Below the pieces are notes generated by a model. That model was not told the DNA's origin. It was given only the letters and a program-made list of their open reading frames with translations, and made no database searches. 64,000 nt of DNA from Betaproteobacteria bacterium HGW-Betaproteobacteria-6 (GTDB lineage: Bacteria > Pseudomonadota > Gammaproteobacteria > Burkholderiales > Rhodocyclaceae): NCBI GenBank assembly GCA_002842145.1, contig PHCF01000006.1, positions 3,983-67,982 of the forward strand. The letters run 5' to 3'. Of the stretch, positions 48,851 through 57,612 are shown in pieces. The position numbers and the translations under genes were made by a program. Numbering within the stretch: position 1 is the first letter of the stretch; the number at the start of each line of letters is the position of its first letter.

Positions 48851-49853
48851 TCTGTCCACAACCTACCTCGGACTGCACCTCAAGAACCCGCTGGTGCCCT
48901 CGTCGAGCCCGCTCAGCCGCGATCTCGACGCCGTGCTGCATCTGGAAGACGCCGGTGCGGCAGCCATCGTCATGCATTCCTTGTTTGAAGAGGATGTCCG
49001 CCACGATGAGCGAATGATCGACCGCTTCCTGGTTCATCCCGACACCTTCGGTGAATCGGCCGGCCATCTGCCTTTCGGTCATGACTACCAGAGCCGGCTA
49101 GACAGCTATCTCGAAAAAATCCTGCGTCTCAAATCGCGCCTTTCCATTCCCGTCGTCGCCAGCCTCAACGGCTCAACCCTGAACGGCTGGGTCGAACTGG
49201 GCAAGGAACTGGAGTCGGCCGGCGCCGATGCGCTCGAGCTCAACGCTTGGTACATGCCGAGCGATCCCAAGGTTTCCGGCGCCGCCATTGAGGACCACCA
49301 CATTTCGCTGCTGCAGGAACTCAAGGGTGCGGTCAGCATTCCGGTGGGCATGAAACTGTCGCCCTTCTTCTCCTCGCTGCCGCATTTCGTCCATCAGGCC
49401 GAAGCGGCCGGCGCTGCCGGGATTTCGCTTTTCAACCGCTTCTTTCAGCCGGACATCGATCTGGAGACACTGAGCGTGGTTGATCGTGTGCAACTGTCGT
49501 CCTCGGCAGATATCCTGCTCGCCATGCGCTGGATCGCCATCCTGCGCGGCAGCACGAGGCTGTCATTGGCTGCCACCGGCGGCGTACACACGGCACAAGA
49601 TGCCCTCAAGATGCTCCTCGCCGGTGCCGACGTCGTGCACATGGCCAGTGCCCTGCTCAAGCGCGGCCCACAGGCGCTCAGCGACGCCCTGCAAGGCATG
49701 ACCGACTGGCTGCGCGAGCGCGAATACACCTCGGTCGCCCAGATGAAAGGCTCGATGAGCCAGCAGAATTCCCCCAACCCGAGCACCTTCGCCCGGGCTT
49801 CCTACCTGCATGTGCTCAATTCGTTTGTGCAGCCGGCGGGAGTGCGCTACTAG
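48843..49853 (+). CDS. Dihydroorotate-dehydrogenase-like (class 1 DHOD fold) flavoprotein
   Basis: ATG overlaps the PFOR stop (ATGCCTGA). DLSTTYLGLHLKNPLVPSSSPLS...ELNAWY...GISLFNRF has DHOD/DHPD-like TIM-barrel motifs. Confidence 0.75.
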   Translation: MPDLSTTYLGLHLKNPLVPSSSPLSRDLDAVLHLEDAGAAAIVMHSLFEEDVRHDERMIDRFLVHPDTFGESAGHLPFGHDYQSRLDSYLEKILRLKSRLSIPVVASLNGSTLNGWVELGKELESAGADALELNAWYMPSDPKVSGAAIEDHHISLLQELKGAVSIPVGMKLSPFFSSLPHFVHQAEAAGAAGISLFNRFFQPDIDLETLSVVDRVQLSSSADILLAMRWIAILRGSTRLSLAATGGVHTAQDALKMLLAGADVVHMASALLKRGPQALSDALQGMTDWLREREYTSVAQMKGSMSQQNSPNPSTFARASYLHVLNSFVQPAGVRY

Positions 49854-49995
49854 CGGCAGTCTTCGCTGTTTCGGGGCTGTAGCGCTTTGTGGTGTCGGGC
49901 AATTTTACACACGGTTATTTTTGATTTATGAAAATGCCATTTTGGCCGTCTGGAGGGGCTTGCCGGCTGTTTGTCTATTCCATGTGACTGTTGAA

Positions 49996-50011
49996 TGGCA
50001 TGAGTTGTGCT
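49996..50011 (+). promoter_or_regulatory. Possible sigma-54 promoter TGGCAT-N5-GTGCT upstream of the PEP-CTERM gene
   Basis: GG and GC have the correct -24/-12 spacing, 62 nt upstream of ATG 50073. The match is imperfect (consensus TGGCAC-N5-TTGCW). Confidence 0.3.
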
Positions 50012-50072
50012 TTGTGGTGACTGGGGCCGATAAATTCAATATATGGTTCAAGCAAAGCACAAGGTGACCAAC

Positions 50073-50975
50073 ATGAAATCGCTAAAATCAAAATCCCTGA
50101 CTGCACTGTCCGTTGCTCTGCTGACGAGTGTCGTCTTTGCAAATGCAGCGCAAGCAGCTACGTGTACTCTGGATAGCGTTACGATTACCAGCATAGAGAC
50201 CAGTCCGTTAGATGGTTCCGGGGTGGTTTTTTTGGGTTCGCAGCCTGCTACCGGTTGTGTCGGAACGTATAAGATCAATGGGGTAAATGGTGATGGATCT
50301 CTTTCGACCGACGAGAATATCGGCCGGATTGAAGATGGCCTTTTAAACGGCGAGCAGAAAGGTTCCACTACGGTTTTAGTCGGCAATGAGTTTCTGACCA
50401 CTTCGGCAGATCAAATGCTTGATCTTGATGGCGACGGTGTTGCAACTGACCCGGGTTGGATCAAGCTGGCCAAGAGTAATTATTCAGGCGGAGCGTGGTC
50501 TGCTATGGAGTACTCGACGAATCCACTTGATGCGCTTGGAAACTCTCTGATCGAGCAGGTTCTGCGGGTAGCCTTCAGTTGTTCCAATACGGGCTGTACT
50601 GAAGGTTCCTGGGAAATTGAAACTACTACGGACATCATTTCGAAAGTTCAGGCTGTGCTGGGCAGAAATGCCTTCGATCATCTGGCCTTCGTTCTTCACT
50701 CCGGGCAGGATGGATTCGCAGTCTACGATTTCAATTTCAATATTCTTGGCCAAGGGCTACCGGGGTTCGATTTTGTGACCCCTTATTCCTTCACCGGCGA
50801 GTGGAATACGGATGATTTCACGAACGATCAGGGAGCGGCTCAAACCATTTCGTACATTTCGGTTTGGGCACGGGATCCTCAGCCCTCGAGCGACGTTCCT
50901 GAACCGGCCAGTCTTGCGCTACTTGGCTTGGGACTGCTTGGTGTTGCAGCAATGCGGTGCCGGAAAACTAAATAA
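50073..50975 (+). CDS. PEP-CTERM sorting-domain secreted protein
   Basis: Signal peptide MKSLKSKSLTALSVALLTSVVFANAAQA. C-terminal VPEPASLALLGLGLLGVAAMRCRKTK. AT-richer than the flanks. Confidence 0.8.
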   Translation: MKSLKSKSLTALSVALLTSVVFANAAQAATCTLDSVTITSIETSPLDGSGVVFLGSQPATGCVGTYKINGVNGDGSLSTDENIGRIEDGLLNGEQKGSTTVLVGNEFLTTSADQMLDLDGDGVATDPGWIKLAKSNYSGGAWSAMEYSTNPLDALGNSLIEQVLRVAFSCSNTGCTEGSWEIETTTDIISKVQAVLGRNAFDHLAFVLHSGQDGFAVYDFNFNILGQGLPGFDFVTPYSFTGEWNTDDFTNDQGAAQTISYISVWARDPQPSSDVPEPASLALLGLGLLGVAAMRCRKTK

Positions 50976-50995
50976 ACTCTTTCCGGTGGTTCATT

Positions 50996-51028
50996 CAGGG
51001 GCGCCTTAGGGCGCCTCTTTCATTTTTT
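50996..51028 (+). terminator. Rho-independent terminator after the PEP-CTERM gene
   Basis: Stem AGGGGCGCC/GGCGCCTCT with loop TTAG, followed by TTCATTTTTT. Confidence 0.6.
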
Positions 51029-51125
51029 ATCTTCGCTTACCCTGTTGTTGATCAAATGTAGTGGGCAGAACTGAATTGCTCGCCATCGCTTTTTACGATG
51101 TTGATTCGGGCAGTGCTGTTGCGAT

Positions 51126-51156
51126 TTTGGCCATTTTTTCCGGTTGACCGTGGGAT
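51126..51156 (+). repeat. Dispersed motif copy: TTTGGCCATTTTTTCCGGTTGACCGTGGGAT (between convergent PEP-CTERM gene and recJ)
   Basis: Identical 23-mer plus the TTTGGCC left arm. Confidence 0.85.
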
Positions 51157-51181
51157 TGGTGCCATCCCCCTCGGTTAACGC

Positions 51182-52870
51182 CTATTCCAAATGCTCGACC
51201 ATCAACTGCGGGCTTTCGACGCCCATGTATTCGTTGATGGTCAGCCGGTAGGCGAGGCGGGCGCGGTTGCCGGGCTGGGTGCTGAAGTTGAACTGGATGG
51301 CGTCGATGCGGGTGTCGCCCTTGCGCAGGCGCAGCTTGAGGTGTTTTTCCTTGAGCACGCGTTGCTGTTCGACCTCGAAATCGTCCATGAACAGCGGCGC
51401 CGGGAAGCCCTGGCCCCAGATTTCGTTTTCCAGCAGACGGGCGGTGGCCAACGAAATGTAGCCGCCTTCGAGGTTGCCGTCGGTTTCCAGGGTGCGGGTC
51501 AGGTCGGCCGGGGCGAGCAGTTCGCCGGCGACTTCGGCAAACAGCGATTTGAATTTTTCGAAGTTTTCCGCGTTGACCGTGGCACCGGCCGCCATGGCGT
51601 GGCCGCCGAAACGGATGAGCAGGCCGGGGGCGCGTTTGGCGACGAGGTCGAGGGCGTCGCGCAGGTGCAGGCCGGGGATCGAGCGGCCGGAGCCTTTGAC
51701 GATCCCGCCTTCGCCGGGGGCGAAGGCGAAGACCGGGCGGTGCAGCTTGTCCTTGATGCGCGAGGCGAGGATGCCGACGACGCCTTCGTGCCAGCTTTCG
51801 TCGAAGAGGGCGATGCCGGGCGACGCCTCGTTGGCGTCGAGCGAGTCGAGCAGGGCCAGCGCCTGTTCCTGCATGCCGGATTCGATCTCGCGGCGTTCGC
51901 GGTTCAGGGTGTCGAGTTCCTGGGCGATCTGCAGGGCGCGGCTGGCGTCGTCGGTGAGCAGGCATTCGACGCCTAGGCGCATGTCAGCCAGGCGGCCGGC
52001 GGCGTTGAGGCGGGGGCCGAGGATGAAGCCGAGATCCATCGCCGTCGCTTTTTTCGCATCGCGGCCAGCAGCCTTGAACAGGGCGGCGATGCCGGGTTGC
52101 ATCTGGCCGGCACGCATGCGCTTCAAACCCTGACTGACGAGGATACGGTTGTTGCGGTCGAGCTTGACGACGTCGGCCACGGTGCCCAGCGCGACGAGGT
52201 CGAGCAGGGTGGCGAAATTGGGTTCCGGGCGTTTGGCAAAATAGCCGCGTTCGCGCAGTTCGGCGCGCAGGGCGAGCATGACGTAGAACATGACGCCGAC
52301 GCCGGCGATGCATTTGGACGGAAAGTCGCAGCCGGGCTGGTTGGGATTGACGATGCAATCGGCCTCGGGCAGCGTTTCTGCGGGTAAATGGTGGTCGGTG
52401 ATCAGCGTCGCGATGCCGTGCTGCTGGGCGCGGGCGACGCCTTCGAGCGAGGCGATGCCGTTGTCGACGGTGATGATGAGGTCGGGCGATTGCTGGGCGG
52501 CGACATCGACGATTTCCGGCGACAACCCGTAGCCGAGCTTGAAGCGGTCGGGGAGCAGGAAGTTGACGTCGGCGCCGAGCATTTTCAGGGCGCGCATGCC
52601 GACCGCCGTCGCGGTGGCGCCATCGCAGTCGTAGTCGCCGATGATCAGCATCTTCGCGTCGGCCTCGATGGCGTCGGCCAGCAGATGGGCGGCAGCGGTA
52701 GCGTTGGTCAAGGCGGTCGGCGGAATCAGCGATTTCAGCTCGTAATCGAGCTCGGATTTGTCCTTGATGCCGCGCGCGGCATAGAGCCGGGCGAGCAGCG
52801 GGTGCAGGCCCTGCTGTTCGAGTTGCCAGACGACGCGCTGCGGCGCGCTGCGGGTGGTGATGTTGGTCAC
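51182..52870 (-). CDS. recJ: Single-stranded-DNA-specific exonuclease RecJ
   Basis: GTG 52870 (AAGGA upstream, GTGA overlap with the upstream stop). DHH motifs (IIGDYDCDGATA, ITDHH) and DHHA1 (GGHAMAAG). The track ORF N-terminal extension is rejected. Confidence 0.9.
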   Translation of the reverse strand: MTNITTRSAPQRVVWQLEQQGLHPLLARLYAARGIKDKSELDYELKSLIPPTALTNATAAAHLLADAIEADAKMLIIGDYDCDGATATAVGMRALKMLGADVNFLLPDRFKLGYGLSPEIVDVAAQQSPDLIITVDNGIASLEGVARAQQHGIATLITDHHLPAETLPEADCIVNPNQPGCDFPSKCIAGVGVMFYVMLALRAELRERGYFAKRPEPNFATLLDLVALGTVADVVKLDRNNRILVSQGLKRMRAGQMQPGIAALFKAAGRDAKKATAMDLGFILGPRLNAAGRLADMRLGVECLLTDDASRALQIAQELDTLNRERREIESGMQEQALALLDSLDANEASPGIALFDESWHEGVVGILASRIKDKLHRPVFAFAPGEGGIVKGSGRSIPGLHLRDALDLVAKRAPGLLIRFGGHAMAAGATVNAENFEKFKSLFAEVAGELLAPADLTRTLETDGNLEGGYISLATARLLENEIWGQGFPAPLFMDDFEVEQQRVLKEKHLKLRLRKGDTRIDAIQFNFSTQPGNRARLAYRLTINEYMGVESPQLMVEHLE

Positions 52871-53858
52871 GAGGGCGTTCCTTCGGCTAGCTCTTTTGCC
52901 ATGGCTTGCAGCGGACGGCTCTTGCGCCAGAATTTCCAGCGGTCCTTGCCGTGCAGCGTCCAGGTCAGCTGGCCGTAGATGGTCGGGGCGACGATGGTCA
53001 GGCTTTCGATCTTGCCGCCGAGCGCGGCACGGAGCGGGACGAACCAGTCGCGTTCGAGCGCAGCGAAGGCGGCGCGCCAGTCGTCGCTGTTTTCGTAGAG
53101 GACGGGCGGCAGCAGCGTATCGAGCAGGATTAGCGGGGTGTCGTTCGGTGCCGAGTCGGCGAGGAGTGTGCCGAGGCTGGCCGGGCAGGGCGGGGCCTCG
53201 ATTCCGGCGGCGAGGGCGAGGCCGGTCGCCAGCGGATTGTCGCTGCAGACAGCCGAGAATTGCGGTGCCGGCACTTCGGCCAGCGGTCCGCCGCCCCACA
53301 GCCACAGGCTGTTCACGGCCGGCTTGCCTTCGGCCTGACGGCGGGCATTGACCGGATGGCCATGGAGGAACATCTGCACTTCGTTGAGCCAGCGGTTGAG
53401 CGGGCCGTTCTTGTCGGTCAGGTCGCTATCGAGGCGACGGCCGGCAATGGTTGAAATCGGGGCACGGTGGCCACATGGAATCGCCCGATGTCGGCAAATT
53501 CGGAATTGAGGGAAGCCGTGATGGCTTGGGCTTCGTCGAGTTCGAGTTCGAAGGCCCCGGCATCGGCGAGGACGATGCGTTCGTGGTGGAAGCGCAGGTG
53601 CACGGGGTCGGCGCACAGCCAATCGCCCGCCGAAACCTGTCCTTTTCCCGTTTCCCCGAGCAGGCGCAGGGCTCCGAATGGCGCGTCGGTCAGCCCGAAA
53701 TGATCGGCCAGGGTGTGTTCGAAAGCCCGGCGCGGCTGACGCGAAAATTCGGCATGGGCGGCCAGCCATTCGAAGCCGGGAGCGGCCAGTTTCCCGAGGG
53801 TCAGTTGGTCGTTCGGTTCGGGCCAGATCAATTCGGGGACAAGCAGGGTGAGGCGCAC
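52867..53858 (-). pseudogene. Conserved hypothetical gene upstream of recJ, split by a 1-nt frame change (pseudogene or sequencing error)
   Basis: ORF 53418-53858 (MRLTLLVPELIWPEP...) and the coding-like C-terminal part of ORF 52867-53769 join only after a frame shift near the C4 run at about 53462. Span is 992 nt (not a multiple of 3). Confidence 0.5.
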
Positions 53859-53926
53859 GGGGAGGGCTTCAGGCAGGGGGAAGCCGGGAGTCTATCATCG
53901 GCCGGCAGCCGGCGCCGAATCGCTGG

Positions 53927-54769
53927 TCAGGTGGCCTTCATGAAGCCCGGCAGGGACGTGGCCGATGGGGGTTGCGGCCGGGCGTGGCGGGCCGAGAATT
54001 CCCGGATGCGGGCAATTCGCTGGTTAACGTCGGGGTGGGTGTTGAACATCGTCGGACTATGTGCCGCCGACTGGCGCTCGGCAACCTCCTCGAAAAAGGC
54101 GGCGGCGTCGCCGACATGGCCATACAGATCGAGTACCGCCTGCAGCGCGGTGGCATCGGCGGCTTCTTCCTGGCTGCGGCTGAAGGAGAGGATGGGCAGC
54201 ATGCCGACGCCTCCCAGCCATTGCTGAAGCGCGCCATCGCCGACGCCGGAGAGGCTGGAGAGGGCAAGCATGACAGCGAAGCCGCGGCCCATGGCGACAA
54301 CCGGGTCGCGGTGGCGGACGTGGGCGATTTCATGGGCGAGGACCATGGCCAGCGCATTTTCGCTGGGCAGGGTATCGATCAACCCCTGGAAGACAACGAC
54401 GTGGCCGCCCAGCGTGGCCATGGCGTTCAAGGTTTTGCTCGACGAGTAATGCATGGTTATCGGCATCTCCGGCGGCAATTCCATTGTGCCGGCGAGACGG
54501 TCGGCCAAGGATTGCAGGTATTGCTGGCGTTGCCGGTCGACCGGCGAATCGGGCGGCTCCGGCAGCCAGCGGCCTAGGCTGGCCGCCAAGGCCTGTTCCT
54601 GTTCGAACGGGATATGGCGGGCAAGCTGACCGGCAAGCAGCGACACCGCCAGCACCGCGACGATGAGCAGTGCGCTGATGCCGGCGACGAGCAGCGCGAA
54701 ATCCTTGAGCGGATGGGTCGGGCTGACGTTGATACCCTCCGGAATCTCCGGGTTTTCGTAGTCGGCCAT
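53927..54769 (-). CDS. M48-family zinc metallopeptidase, membrane-anchored
   Basis: HEIAHVRHRD (HExxH). N-terminal TM helix FALLVAGISALLIVAVLAVSLLA. Start at MADYENPE. Confidence 0.8.
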   Translation of the reverse strand: MADYENPEIPEGINVSPTHPLKDFALLVAGISALLIVAVLAVSLLAGQLARHIPFEQEQALAASLGRWLPEPPDSPVDRQRQQYLQSLADRLAGTMELPPEMPITMHYSSSKTLNAMATLGGHVVVFQGLIDTLPSENALAMVLAHEIAHVRHRDPVVAMGRGFAVMLALSSLSGVGDGALQQWLGGVGMLPILSFSRSQEEAADATALQAVLDLYGHVGDAAAFFEEVAERQSAAHSPTMFNTHPDVNQRIARIREFSARHARPQPPSATSLPGFMKAT

Positions 54770-54773
54770 GGCC

Positions 54774-55220
54774 TCAGCGCGGCTTGACGGCAGTCCCGTA
54801 GGCGACGACTTCGACGCTGCCCACCCCTCCCTGTTGTCGGCCTTTACCGATCGACGCGGTTTCCAGGCGCACGTTCCACACACTGGCTGCACCGAAGTCC
54901 TGGGCTTTTTCCTTCATGCGCAGAACCGCTTCGCGGCGGGCGCGTTCGAGCAGGGACTCGTAGGCGCTGACGCGACCGCCGACCAGATTGCGCAGGCCGG
55001 CCACGAAGTTCTTGAAGAAATCGACGGAGATGACGACGCTGCCGCTGACCAGCGTGCCTTGCAGATTGGCTTCATCGGGAATGCGCCGTTCGGAGAAGGT
55101 CAGGATGCCGCGCAACTGCTTCTCGCGCTCGATGATCGAGCGGAAATGCTTCTTTTCGGCATGTTGACCGAAGACATAGCCGAGCAGCAACAGGACGAGA
55201 AAAAATATCAGGTCGTACAT
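54774..55220 (-). CDS. YbjQ/DUF74 family protein with an N-terminal TM anchor
   Basis: MYDLIFFLVLLLLGYVFG TM helix, then the YbjQ-type core (GTLVSGSVVISVDFFKNFVAGLRNLVGGR...AVLRM...VVAYGTAV). Confidence 0.75.
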   Translation of the reverse strand: MYDLIFFLVLLLLGYVFGQHAEKKHFRSIIEREKQLRGILTFSERRIPDEANLQGTLVSGSVVISVDFFKNFVAGLRNLVGGRVSAYESLLERARREAVLRMKEKAQDFGAASVWNVRLETASIGKGRQQGGVGSVEVVAYGTAVKPR

Positions 55221-55224
55221 GGCG

Positions 55225-55539
55225 TCATTCCGTCACGACGGCGGTGCCGTAAGCGAACAATTCGGCCGCACCGGCGGCGACCGACGAGGTCGAGAAGCGC
55301 ACATTGACCACCGCGTTGGCGCCAACCGCCCTGGCCTGGTCGATCATGCGCGCCACGGCTTCGTCGCGGGATTCGGTGAGCAGTTCGGTATAGCCCTTGA
55401 GTTCGCCGCCAAAAATGTTTTTCAGGCCGGCCATCAGGTCTCGGCCGGCGTGTTTGGAGCGTACGGTGTTGCCGCTGACCAACCCGAGGTGCTTGACGAT
55501 GGCTTTGCCGGGGACGGTTTCAATATTGGTGACGATCAT
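55225..55539 (-). CDS. YbjQ/DUF74 family protein (soluble)
   Basis: MIVTNIETVPGKAIVKHLGLVSGNTVRSKH..GRDLMAGLKNIFGGE...ANAVVNVRF...YGTAV is the typical UPF0145 sequence. Confidence 0.85.
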   Translation of the reverse strand: MIVTNIETVPGKAIVKHLGLVSGNTVRSKHAGRDLMAGLKNIFGGELKGYTELLTESRDEAVARMIDQARAVGANAVVNVRFSTSSVAAGAAELFAYGTAVVTE

Positions 55540-55623
55540 GGCGAAAATTTCCTGAACAGGTTGATGGGCCGGCGCTTCCGGGTCCGTGTACCATAGCGTT
55601 TTTGTTGCGTTGCGGGAATACCG

Positions 55624-56871
55624 ATGGCATTACCCTATGAGTTGCTGATTGGCCTGCGCTACACGCGCGCCAAGAAACGCAATCACTTCATTTCATTCAT
55701 TTCGCTGATCTCGATGCTCGGTATCGGCCTTGGCGTGGCCGCGCTGATCGTCGTGCTGTCGGTCATGAACGGGTTCCAGAAGGAACTGCGGACGCGCATT
55801 CTCGGCGTTGCCTCGCACATCCAGATCACCGGCATCAATGGCGAGCTGCCGAACTGGCAACTGGTCGCCGGGCAGGCCGCCAAGCATCCGGAAGTTCGCG
55901 CCAGTGCCCCGTTCGTCCAGTCGCAGGGGATGTTCAGCGTCGATGGTACGGTCAAGGGCACCATCGTGCGCGGCATCATTCCCGATCAGGAGGACCGCGT
56001 TGCCGATTTCCGCAAAACCATCCAGAGCGGCAGCCTCGATGATCTGCGGCCGGGCGAGTTCGGTGTCGTGCTGGGTTCCGATCTGGCCCGCTCGCTGCGC
56101 GTATTCACCGGCGACAAGGTCACGCTGATCGCGCCGCAAGGGACGGTGACGCCGGCCGGTGTGATGCCGCGGCTGAAGTCGTTCAAGGTGGTTGGTATCT
56201 TCGAGGTCGGCATGTTCGAGTACGACTCGGGGCTGGCCCTGATCAATCTTGAAGACGCGCAAAAGCTCTACCAGATGGACGACCGGGTGACCGGCGTGCG
56301 GCTCAAGGTCGACGATCTCTTCCAGGCACCGCGCATCGCCCGCGAGCTGGTCCGCTATATCGATGCCGACGCCTACCTGAGCGACTGGACGAAGAGCCAC
56401 GCCAATTTCTTCCGCGCCGTGCAGATCGAGAAGAACATGATGTTCATCATCCTCTCGCTGATCGTTGCCGTCGCCGCCTTCAACCTTGTGTCGACGCTGG
56501 TCATGGCGGTCACCGACAAACAGGCCGACATCGCCATCCTGCGTACGCTGGGGGCGCGACCGCTGTCGATCATGGCGGTCTTTGTCGTGCAGGGGGCGCT
56601 GGTCGGCTTCATCGGGCTGGGCATGGGCATCGTCGGCGGGGTGTTGCTGGCGCTCAATATTGATGTCGTGGTGCCTTTCATCGAGCAGTTGCTCGGCGTG
56701 CATTTTCTGTCGAAGGAGGTCTATTACATTTCCGACCTGCCTTCCGAGTTGCAGTGGAGCGATGTCTGGGGCGTCACGCTGATTGCCTTCGTGCTCGCCC
56801 TGCTGGCGACGCTTTACCCAAGTTGGCGGGCTTCCCGCGTCAATCCGGCGGAGGCCCTGCGTTATGAGTGA
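55624..56871 (+). CDS. Lipoprotein-releasing ABC transporter permease (LolC/LolE family)
   Basis: [51 protein letters not shown] is the LolCE N-terminus. FtsX-like C-terminal domain. Confidence 0.9.
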   Translation: MALPYELLIGLRYTRAKKRNHFISFISLISMLGIGLGVAALIVVLSVMNGFQKELRTRILGVASHIQITGINGELPNWQLVAGQAAKHPEVRASAPFVQSQGMFSVDGTVKGTIVRGIIPDQEDRVADFRKTIQSGSLDDLRPGEFGVVLGSDLARSLRVFTGDKVTLIAPQGTVTPAGVMPRLKSFKVVGIFEVGMFEYDSGLALINLEDAQKLYQMDDRVTGVRLKVDDLFQAPRIARELVRYIDADAYLSDWTKSHANFFRAVQIEKNMMFIILSLIVAVAAFNLVSTLVMAVTDKQADIAILRTLGARPLSIMAVFVVQGALVGFIGLGMGIVGGVLLALNIDVVVPFIEQLLGVHFLSKEVYYISDLPSELQWSDVWGVTLIAFVLALLATLYPSWRASRVNPAEALRYE

Positions 56872-57541
56872 ACCGATTCTGATCGCCCGCGGGCTGTCCA
56901 AGGTATTTCGCGGCGGCGGGCTGGAAGTGCCTGTTCTCTCCGGTATCGATCTGCAGGTCAATCCGGGCGAAACGGTCGCTATCGTCGGTGCTTCGGGTTC
57001 TGGCAAGAGCACCTTGCTGCACCTGCTGGGCGGCCTGGATACGCCTACGGCCGGCGAGGTGACGCTGAAGGGGCGTGATTTTTCGTCTCTGGGCGAGGTC
57101 GACCGTGGTGATTGGCGCAACCGGCATCTTGGTTTCGTCTATCAGTTCCACCATCTGCTGGCCGAGTTCTCGGCACTGGAAAACGTCGCCATGCCCCTGC
57201 TGATTCGGCGTATGGAACGCAGCGAAGCGCTGGCCAAGGCGGGGGACATACTGACTGCGGTCGGTCTCGGCCATCGGGTCGAGCATCGCCCCGGCGAACT
57301 GTCCGGTGGCGAGCGCCAGCGCGCCGCTATCGCCCGAGCCCTGGTCAGTGATCCATCATGTTTGCTGGCCGATGAACCAACGGGGAATCTTGATAGTCAT
57401 ACGGCATCCGTTGTCTTCGGGTTGCTTATCGACCGGGTACGAGAGCAGCAGGCGAGCCTGATCGTAGTCACACACGATCAGCAACTGGCGCAGAGAGCCG
57501 ATCGGATTCTTCACTTAAATGATGGTGTCCTTTGTAAATAA
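56864..57541 (+). CDS. lolD: Lipoprotein-releasing system ATP-binding protein LolD
   Basis: Walker [13 protein letters not shown] signature LSGGERQR and Walker [12 protein letters not shown]. Its start overlaps the end of the permease gene by 8 nt (stop 56869-56871). Confidence 0.9.
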   Translation: MSEPILIARGLSKVFRGGGLEVPVLSGIDLQVNPGETVAIVGASGSGKSTLLHLLGGLDTPTAGEVTLKGRDFSSLGEVDRGDWRNRHLGFVYQFHHLLAEFSALENVAMPLLIRRMERSEALAKAGDILTAVGLGHRVEHRPGELSGGERQRAAIARALVSDPSCLLADEPTGNLDSHTASVVFGLLIDRVREQQASLIVVTHDQQLAQRADRILHLNDGVLCK

Positions 57542-57612
57542 TTTAATAAGTATTAAATTTGAGGCGATGTGATTAATTTAACATCTGCCATGTCGCAAAC
57601 GGCTCGACATAG

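Noticed and set aside
45638-48859. 1073-aa ORF on the minus strand opposite the PFOR gene. Similar long antisense ORFs occur at 31112-32362 (+), 34902-36506 (+), 55693-57120 (-), 57553-58956 (-), 19941-21029 (+) and 10767-11519 (+).
   Set aside because: These are typical stop-poor shadow frames of high-GC DNA. The translations are Arg/Gly/Ala/His-rich and low in complexity. Each lies exactly opposite a gene with strong family motifs.
51093-53305. N-terminal extension of the recJ ORF (707 aa) and the overlapping 290-aa ORF 51093-51965.
   Set aside because: The extension (Arg/Pro/Ala-rich) overlaps the upstream gene, and the RecJ homology begins at GTG 52870, which has a good RBS. ORF 51093-51965 is a shadow frame of recJ.
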